Shown piece after piece: positions 58,208-64,000 of a stretch of 64,000 bases of DNA. The position numbers were made by a program, and so were the translations under genes. Within the stretch, counting starts at the first letter, position 1, and each line of letters opens with the position of its first letter. The notes beneath the pieces are model-generated. The model worked only from the letters and a program-made list of their open reading frames with translations. It had not been told where the DNA came from and made no database searches. The DNA comes from an uncultured Alphaproteobacteria bacterium (GTDB lineage Bacteria > Pseudomonadota > Alphaproteobacteria > ATCC43930 > CGMCC-115725), in contig CAVTRO010000006.1 of assembly GCA_963737145.1 (NCBI GenBank), forward strand, positions 130,911-194,910. The letters run 5' to 3'.

Positions 58208-58979
58208 TCACGGGCGCACCGCCGGGGCGTCCATCGGCATGCCGCGGGCCCGCTCCATCAGGTAGAGTTCGAGGGCGACGGCTTGGGGAGCGCCATAGTC
58301 GAAGGCTCGGCGCGCACGCCGGTCATGCAGTTGCGCAGACGGCGCTGCAGCGAGCCGAGGCTCTGCCATTCGAGGCGATAGATCGGGTACCCGGTCGGGT
58401 GTGCCTGCGGGATCACGCTACCGGCGAGGCGCTTGCCCCAGTTGTCGTCGTGGCACTGGCTGCAGGACAGGTTCAGCTGACCTTCGCGCTGGTGGAACAG
58501 TTCTTTGCCCAGATCGAGAAACGGGCGCAGCTCGGGGCCTGCGGCTACCGCGATCGGCAGGCCGCGCGACTGACGAGCGACAAACGCGGTCAGCGCGAGC
58601 AGGTCGTCGCTTTCCCAGGCCAGCGGCTCCGCCCTCTGATACTCGGTGCGGCAGCGGTTGATCCGCTGCTCGAGATCGAGCGGGCGGGCCGAGGCGGCGT
58701 CGAACGCCGGGTAGTGGGCGGCGACTCCCTTCATGCTGGCCTCGGCATCGCCATGACAATCCTGACAGGATTTCGCGGCTGCACCCGCTTTTCTGGCCCA
58801 TAGGCTTTCGCCTTGCAGACACCCACAGCATGCCGGGGTTGGCGGTCTCGTCATCCTGCATCGCCCGGATTTCGGGGCTGGCGAAATCATAGCCCGAGCG
58901 CCTCGCCTCGGGCGCAATCTCGGCTGCGACCGCCGTTGCGGCGGCCAAGCGCGAGCCCCGCCGCGAGCAATGCCCTCAT
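58208..58979 (-). pseudogene. soxA: SoxA-type dihaem cytochrome c, about 3 frameshifts
   Basis: MRALLAAGLAL / AAATAVAAEIAPEARRSGYDFASPEIRAMQDDETANPGMLWV / ..GESLWARKAGAAAKSCQDCHGD....LNLSCSQCHDDNWGKRLAG..NCMTGVRAEP / FDYGAPQAVALELYLMERARGMPMDAPAVRP. The haem motifs are CQDCH and CSQCH. The joins are near 58945, 58810 and 58301. The ATG overlaps the soxZ stop (ATGA). Confidence 0.75.
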
Positions 58980-59296
58980 TCTACGGTGATTTGACGGATC
59001 TCGCTTTGGATCTGACCGTTATCGTCGATCCAGCTGAAGACCAGTTCGCCGCTCTCCGTCGCTATAGTCGAAAAGGCGATGAACGGGTTCGCGGATATCG
59101 CCGGGAACAGCTCGGCCCGGAACACCTCGTCGCCGTTATAGAGGCAAGTGAACCGGCTGATGATGTCGCGCGGGATTGCCGCGCCCTTGTTGTCGAGGCG
59201 ATAGCCGGTCTCCATCGGATGTTGGATCAGGGTCTTGATCTCGATGATTTCGCCGCGCTTTGCGCGCGGCGGGAAGTTGATCAATACCCGCGCCAT
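58976..59296 (-). CDS. soxZ: Thiosulfate oxidation carrier complex protein SoxZ
   Basis: 106 aa: MARVLINFPPRAKRGEIIEIKTLIQHPMETGYR..RFTCLYNGDEVFRAELFPAISANPF... This is a typical SoxZ sequence and size. Confidence 0.85.
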   Translation of the reverse strand: MARVLINFPPRAKRGEIIEIKTLIQHPMETGYRLDNKGAAIPRDIISRFTCLYNGDEVFRAELFPAISANPFIAFSTIATESGELVFSWIDDNGQIQSEIRQITVE

Positions 59297-59303
59297 CGGC
59301 TCT

Positions 59304-59745
59304 TCACTGCTCGGTGCAGGCCGCCAATGTCACGATGACATCGGCGCTGTCCGACCAGAAGCTGCCATCGGCGAGCCGCGCGATCGCGACGACCCGTTGC
59401 GAGTCGGCAAGCCGAATGCGCGCTCGCGACGCGAGCCTTGCCGGCGCGCGGGCCGAAATGGAACGCCGCGACGTAAGGCTGCGGGTTCTTCTGGTTGAAG
59501 ATATGGATGCTCTCGACGTGGTCGGCCTCGGTCATCGGGCTCTCGACCGACACGGTCAGCGGCACGGTATTGCCGTTCTCGACGATCGACGGCAATTCGA
59601 GCTTGACCTTGCCGGGTGTTAGCGGCGCCTCTCCGATCAAATCGCGGATCGCCTCTGCCATCGCCTCCTCCGTCGCGCCGGCTGCTGGAGCGAACGACGC
59701 GAGCCCAGCTCCGGCTGCCATTAGGATTACCCAACGACGGGTCGG
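59304..59745 (-). pseudogene. soxY: SoxY-type sulfur carrier protein with a non-canonical C-terminal arm, one frameshift, start unresolved
   Basis: A Tat-like TRRWVILMAAGAGLASFAPAAGA, then ..KVKLELPSIVENGNTVPLTVSVESPMTEADHVESIHIFNQKNPQPYVAAFHFGPRAGKA... After a frame change near 59400-59420 it reads ..RIRLADSQRVVAIARLADGSFWSDSADVIVTLAACTEQ (stop at 59304-06). There is no in-frame start between the Tat motif and the REP elements. Confidence 0.75.
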
Positions 59746-59887
59746 CGAAAAATCGCCCTCTCCGCCCGTTTGCGGGGGGAGAGGGAGGGGACACGTCGCG
59801 CGAGCGACGGGGAGGGTAAGGTGGGTCGCGCCGTCGTTCCGAGCGGGGGCTCCCCCCACCTCACCCCGACCCTCTCCGCCCCCAGGG
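59746..59887. repeat. Two REP-like palindromes in the soxX-soxY junction
   Basis: A degenerate copy ccctctccgccc..ggggggagaggg lies at 59746-59775. A perfect copy ccctctccgcccc-ca-ggggcggagaggg lies at 59860-59887. Confidence 0.8.
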
Positions 59888-60421
59888 GCGGAGAGGGAGA
59901 ATTGACCCAATATGCGATACATGGCTCGGAAGCACCTTCAGTGCGCGCAAACTCAACAGGAACGCTATCACATCATCGATCTGCTCGGCGGTCAGGATCG
60001 GTTTGCCGCGCCAGGCTAGGCCGACCCGATTGAGCCCTTCCACCCGGTAATAGGCCGGCATGATCGTGTCAGGGTTGAGGCGCGTCGGATCGACGAGACG
60101 CAGCCTTAACTGGCCCTCCGACCAACGCGAACCGGCCCCCGACAGATCCGGCGCGAGCGTCCCCTGGAACTTCTCTTCTGGAAACGGGCCGGTGTGACAC
60201 AACAGACAAGCGCCGAGCCTGCGATCAACCACGATCGCCCGGCCGCGGACCGGGTCTCCGGCCGCCCCGGTCAGCGAAGCGGGAATCGCGTCGCCGACGA
60301 CCGTGTAGGGGCGCAGCTCCGCTGGCGCGACGGCGGTGGTCGACGCCAACAGCGCCAATCCCGCGACAGCGGCATCAGCCGAACGTTTCCGCCGTGATCG
60401 TGCGGAACCAGGCTTCGGCAT
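59861..60421 (-). CDS. soxX: SoxX-type monohaem cytochrome c
   Basis: Signal-like MPKPGSARSRRKRSADAAVAGLALLASTTAVAPA and the haem motif CLLCH in ..RRLGACLLCHTGPFPEE... It also has ..DTIMPAYYRVEGLNRV.. and ..LTAEQIDDVIAFLLSLR. The ORF tail runs ~25 codons into the REP element. The start overlaps the preceding gene by 47 nt. Confidence 0.7.
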   Translation of the reverse strand: MPKPGSARSRRKRSADAAVAGLALLASTTAVAPAELRPYTVVGDAIPASLTGAAGDPVRGRAIVVDRRLGACLLCHTGPFPEEKFQGTLAPDLSGAGSRWSEGQLRLRLVDPTRLNPDTIMPAYYRVEGLNRVGLAWRGKPILTAEQIDDVIAFLLSLRALKVLPSHVSHIGSILPLRPWGRRGSG

Positions 60422-61640
60422 AAGCCGCCTCGAGAGCGCGAAAATCGGCCGGTGCGTCGAGCGGGCTGACCCCGCCCGCCCCTTCGACATCGGCGAGCCG
60501 CCCGCCTGCCGGGTGATAGACCCCGGCGATCGAGATCCCGTAATCGGGCGCCACCAGGCTGTAGCAGGTGTTGATTAGTTTTGGCGGCGACGGGGTGTCG
60601 CCATGCAGCAAGGTGGTGACAGCGAAGGCGCACACCTTTGCCTCGGCATTGGCGGCGAAGGCCGATTTCGGCATTGCGCCGGTGATTGCGGCATCACCGA
60701 TCACATGAATGTTCGGCTGCAGGCGCGACTCGAAAGTTACCGGGTCGATCGGGCACCAGCCGGTGCCGTCGGCCACACCCGCGAACTGGGCAATTCCCGC
60801 CGCCCGCTGCGGCGGGATGACATTGGCGACGTCGGCCTTGTAGGTGGCGAAATCGGTCACGAGCGTGCGGGTCTTCGAATCGACTGATATGACCTTCCCG
60901 CCGTTCGACAGCGAAACCCACTCGATGAGATCGGGGTAGAGCTGGTGCCAGGCGTTTTGGAACAGGCGCTGCTTCGAGAAACTGTCCTTTGCATCAAGGA
61001 TGATCAGCTTCGAGCGCGGTTTCGCCTTCTTCAGGTAATAGGCAATCAAGCTCGCCCGTTCGTAAGGACCGGGAGGGCAGCGGAACGGATTGGCCGGGGC
61101 CGAGATCACAACCGTCCCGCCGTCGGCCATCGCTTCGAGCTGACGGCGCAGCAAAAGGGTCTGGTCGCCAGCCAGCCAGGCGTGGGGCATCACCGAGGCC
61201 GCAGCCTCGTCGTACCCGGGCAGCGCGTCCCAGCGGATGGCGATCCCCGGCGCTAAGACCAGCCGGTCGTAATCGAGCGGCGAGCCGTCGCGGAGCGAGA
61301 CACGCCGGGCGTGCGGGTCGAGGGCCGTCGCCTGGTCCTGCGCGACGGCGATACCGGCCGCGCGGATCGCATCGTAGCCAAAGCGCTGTGCCGCCATGTC
61401 GCGCAGACCGGCGATCACGGCGTTGCTGAACGGACATGCCGTGAAGGTCGGGTTCGGCTCGACCAGCGTAACCTCGAATTGGGGATCGGCGCGGCGCAAT
61501 GCCCGTGCGCAGGTCGCGCCGCCGAAACCGCCGCCGATTATGACGATGCGCGGTCTGGCTTGGCCCAGCGACAGCTTGGGTGACAGCGCGGCCGCGGCCG
61601 CAGCGCCCTTCAGAAAGGCTCGTCTCGTAGTTCTGATCAC
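60375..61640 (-). CDS. Flavocytochrome c sulfide dehydrogenase flavoprotein subunit (FccB/SoxF-like)
   Basis: GTG 61640 followed by the Tat signal IRTTRRAFLKGAAAAAA. Rossmann motif RIVIIGGGFGGATCA. The ~421-aa ORF is uninterrupted. Confidence 0.9.
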   Translation of the reverse strand: MIRTTRRAFLKGAAAAAALSPKLSLGQARPRIVIIGGGFGGATCARALRRADPQFEVTLVEPNPTFTACPFSNAVIAGLRDMAAQRFGYDAIRAAGIAVAQDQATALDPHARRVSLRDGSPLDYDRLVLAPGIAIRWDALPGYDEAAASVMPHAWLAGDQTLLLRRQLEAMADGGTVVISAPANPFRCPPGPYERASLIAYYLKKAKPRSKLIILDAKDSFSKQRLFQNAWHQLYPDLIEWVSLSNGGKVISVDSKTRTLVTDFATYKADVANVIPPQRAAGIAQFAGVADGTGWCPIDPVTFESRLQPNIHVIGDAAITGAMPKSAFAANAEAKVCAFAVTTLLHGDTPSPPKLINTCYSLVAPDYGISIAGVYHPAGGRLADVEGAGGVSPLDAPADFRALEAAYAEAWFRTITAETFG

Positions 61641-61975
61641 CGTTGCTCCGCTACCCAGGCGGCTATCGCCTGGATCTCCTCGTCGGAAAACCCTTTCGCT
61701 ATTCGCCCCATCACTGTCGACGGGCGCTCGCCCGAGCGGAAGGCCTGCATCGCGGCAACAATATCCGCCGGGTTCTGCCCCCGCAGCGGCGCCACTTTGG
61801 TCTCCGCCGAGGCGGTCGGCGGATGACAACCCGAGCACGAAGATGCGCCGGGCGGCGGTTCCGCCGCCGAGGCGGTGGAGGCGATAACCAGTACCAGCAG
61901 CAGCACCCTTACCCTCCTCGCTACGCTCGGCACCCCTGGCGCATCAAAGATGCGCCACCCGACGGGCGCAGGCAT
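61637..61975 (-). CDS. Class I c-type cytochrome (FccA/SoxE-like partner of the flavoprotein)
   Basis: Haem motif CSGCH, a signal-like hydrophobic segment RVRVLLLVLVIASTASAA, and a stop that overlaps the next start (GTGA). The start codon is uncertain (ATG 61975 or an internal GTG). Confidence 0.7.
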   Translation of the reverse strand: MPAPVGWRIFDAPGVPSVARRVRVLLLVLVIASTASAAEPPPGASSCSGCHPPTASAETKVAPLRGQNPADIVAAMQAFRSGERPSTVMGRIAKGFSDEEIQAIAAWVAEQR

Positions 61976-62011
61976 GCGTGCGCCGAGAGGGCGCAATGCA
62001 GGAGAGGGGCT

Positions 62012-62074
62012 ACAAAGCTCTTCTCCCGCACCGCGGGACAGGGGGGACCAAGCGCGCAGCGCTTGGTGGGTGAG
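62012..62074. repeat. Dispersed ~62-bp double-hairpin repeat, copy 2
   Basis: caaagctcttctcccgcaccgcgggacaggggggaccaagcgcgcagcgcttggtgggtgagg aligns with 40111..40172. It lies 11 nt beyond the stop of the molybdoenzyme gene. Confidence 0.75.
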
Positions 62075-62085
62075 GGGAAGGCCGC

Positions 62086-64000
62086 TCACACCGGCTTCAG
62101 GTCCTGGTCCTTCAGCGGCAACGAGCGGATGCGCTTGCCGGTCGCCGCGAAGATCGCGTTGCACAATGCCGGGGCCAGTGGTGGCACGCCGATTTCCCCG
62201 GCGCCGCCCCAGAACGCGCCGCTCGGCACCAGCACGGTTTCGATGGCCGGCATCTCGGCAAGACGCAGCATCTGGTAATCGTCGAAATTGCCTTGTTGTA
62301 CCCGGCCGTTCTCGATCGTGATCGCGCCGTAGAGCGCCGCGGTCAATCCATAGGCGATCGCGCTTTCGGTCTGCGCCCGCAGGATCTCGGGATTGACGAG
62401 ATGGCCGGTGTCGACCGCAGCGACGACGCGATGCAAGCGAACCTCACCTTTGCTGCCGACCGAGACCTCGGCCACCTGCGCGCACAAACTGCCATATGCC
62501 TCGACGAGCGCAATTCCGCGGGACACCCCCGCAGCCGCCCGCTTGTCCCAACCCGCTTTTTGCGCCGCCGCGTCGAGCACCGCGAGCCGCACCGGATCTT
62601 TGCTCAGCAATTTGCGGCGGTACTGGTACGGATCCTGCCCGGCGGCGTGCGCCATCTCGTCGATGAAGGATTCGCGGAAAAAACCGTTCTGCGAATGGTT
62701 GACCGAGCGCCAGAAGCCGACTGGCACGTGCGTCGTGCGCATGGCGTAGCCGACCTCGTAGTTCGGCACCGCATAGGCCATCTCTTCGGTAAAGCCGTTG
62801 GCGAAGGATTGATCGATGCCCCCGGTCAGCCGCTGCGGAAATAGATTGGCGAGTATCGACGGGCCGGTGACCCGGACCCGCCACGCGACCGGCATCCCCG
62901 AGGCGTCGAGGCCGGCGGTCAACTTGGCCATCGCCGTCGGACGGTAGAAATCATGGCGGATGTCCTCCTCGCGCGTCCATAAGAGCTTGACCGGCTGCCC
63001 GACCGCCTTGGCGATCAGCACCGCCTGATGGACAAAGTCCTGGACCGCGCCGCGCCGGCCGAAGCCGCCGCCGAGCATCGTCTTGTGCACGACAACCTTC
63101 TCCGGCGGCACCTCGGCGGCGGCCGCCGCTGCGGCCAATGCCGCTTCGCCGCTCTGAGTCGGCACCCAGACCTCGACCTTGTCGGGGGTGACGTGCGCCG
63201 TGCAATTCTGCGGCTCCATCGTCGCATGGCTCAAAAACGGCGCCCCGTATTCGGCCTCGATCCGCGTCGCGGCCGCGGCGAGCGCCGTGTCGACATCGCC
63301 GTCCCTGCGGACCACCGCTGCCTCCGGCGCGGTGAGCCCGCTGCGCAGGAACTCGGCGATGCTGGCGCTCGACACGGTACCGTTCTGCCCCTCGTCCCAG
63401 GTCACCGGCAGCGCATCGATTGCCGTCTTTGCCTGCCACCAGCTGTCCGCGACGACGGCGACCGCGTTCGGCAGCCGCACAACCTGGCGCACGCCTTTGA
63501 GCCCGCGGATTTTCGACTCGTCGTAGGATTTGGGAGTGCCGCCGAATACCGGGCACTGGGCAACCGCGGCGTAGACCATGTTCGGCACGCGGACATCGAT
63601 GCCGTAAAGCGGCTTCCCGGTCACCTTGTCGACCGTATCGAGCCGCTGCTGCGGCGTGCCGATCAAGGTCCAGTCTTTCGGATCCTTCAGCTTGACCTCG
63701 GACGGAGGCGGCAATTTCGCGGCGGCTTCGGCAACTTCCCCATATCGCAGGGTGCGGCCGCTCGGCTTGTGGGTGACGACGCTGTTTGCCGCCTGGCACT
63801 CGGCCGTCGGAACGCCCCATTGCGCTACTGCCGCGGCGATCAGCATCTCGCGCGCCGCCGCGCCCGCCTTGCGGAGATATTCCTGCGAGGTCCGCACCGA
63901 GCGGCTGCCGCCGGTCGACATGTCCCCCCAGGCGCGCTTGCGCCGCAGGTTTTCTTCGGGCGACGGGAATTCGGCGCGCACCTTGCTCCAATCGCATTGG
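62086..64000 (-). CDS. Xanthine dehydrogenase-family molybdopterin-binding subunit (IorB/aldehyde oxidoreductase beta-like), 5' end outside the window
   Basis: The uninterrupted frame of more than 630 codons runs to the window edge. It has typical blocks GKPLYGIDVRVPNMVYAAV, MLGGGFGRRG and PSGAFWGGAGEIGVPPLAPALCNAIFAATG. Confidence 0.85.
   Translation of the reverse strand, partial: QCDWSKVRAEFPSPEENLRRKRAWGDMSTGGSRSVRTSQEYLRKAGAAAREMLIAAAVAQWGVPTAECQAANSVVTHKPSGRTLRYGEVAEAAAKLPPPSEVKLKDPKDWTLIGTPQQRLDTVDKVTGKPLYGIDVRVPNMVYAAVAQCPVFGGTPKSYDESKIRGLKGVRQVVRLPNAVAVVADSWWQAKTAIDALPVTWDEGQNGTVSSASIAEFLRSGLTAPEAAVVRRDGDVDTALAAAATRIEAEYGAPFLSHATMEPQNCTAHVTPDKVEVWVPTQSGEAALAAAAAAAEVPPEKVVVHKTMLGGGFGRRGAVQDFVHQAVLIAKAVGQPVKLLWTREEDIRHDFYRPTAMAKLTAGLDASGMPVAWRVRVTGPSILANLFPQRLTGGIDQSFANGFTEEMAYAVPNYEVGYAMRTTHVPVGFWRSVNHSQNGFFRESFIDEMAHAAGQDPYQYRRKLLSKDPVRLAVLDAAAQKAGWDKRAAAGVSRGIALVEAYGSLCAQVAEVSVGSKGEVRLHRVVAAVDTGHLVNPEILRAQTESAIAYGLTAALYGAITIENGRVQQGNFDDYQMLRLAEMPAIETVLVPSGAFWGGAGEIGVPPLAPALCNAIFAATGKRIRSLPLKDQDLKPV

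Noticed and set aside
61976-62164. Upstream extension of the cytochrome c ORF to 62164.
   Set aside because: The extension is a translation of the 62012..62074 repeat element and overlaps the end of the molybdoenzyme gene. The signal-peptide-like sequence starts after 61975.

Overview
GC-rich chromosomal segment, judged by eye rather than computed. Gene content and the short GC-rich palindromic intergenic repeats suggest an alphaproteobacterium of the Hyphomicrobiales/Bradyrhizobiaceae type; this placement is an inference. I recognise about 70 protein-coding genes or gene relics. I found no rRNA, tRNA, CRISPR array, transposase, integrase or phage genes. Intact housekeeping genes include glnB-glnA, uppP, bfr, a cysK-like gene, an alaX-like gene, sseA and two aminotransferases. 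The accessory content has six main parts. (1) Acyl-CoA and CoA-ester metabolism: acyl-CoA dehydrogenases, a thiolase-like/DUF35 pair, a MaoC/CitE-like pair and an Frc-like CoA-transferase/TPP enzyme pair. (2) A phenolic-type catabolic block: tandem VOC dioxygenase, HsaA-like monooxygenase, MetE-like protein and FAD monooxygenase. (3) A URC1/URC4-like pair next to a CUT1-type sugar ABC operon. (4) An orphan HAAT-type binding protein and LivF ATPase. (5) A partial sox locus: cytochrome c, flavocytochrome sulfide dehydrogenase flavoprotein, soxX, soxY, soxZ and soxA. (6) A small-protein stress operon behind a perfect EcfG-type promoter, GGAAC-N16-CGTT. The dominant unusual signal is the reading-frame damage. 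About 21 genes can only be reconstructed by switching frames, and the damage is very unevenly distributed. Many indels sit in short homopolymers, which suggests sequencing error. Other lesions cannot be homopolymer errors: an in-frame TAG, a shrunken panC relic and a chimeric PiT/BON relic. Artefact and genuine decay of accessory genes therefore both remain open. I did not recognise a complete novel defence-type or biosynthetic system. The findings below are the leads I can support from the sequence.
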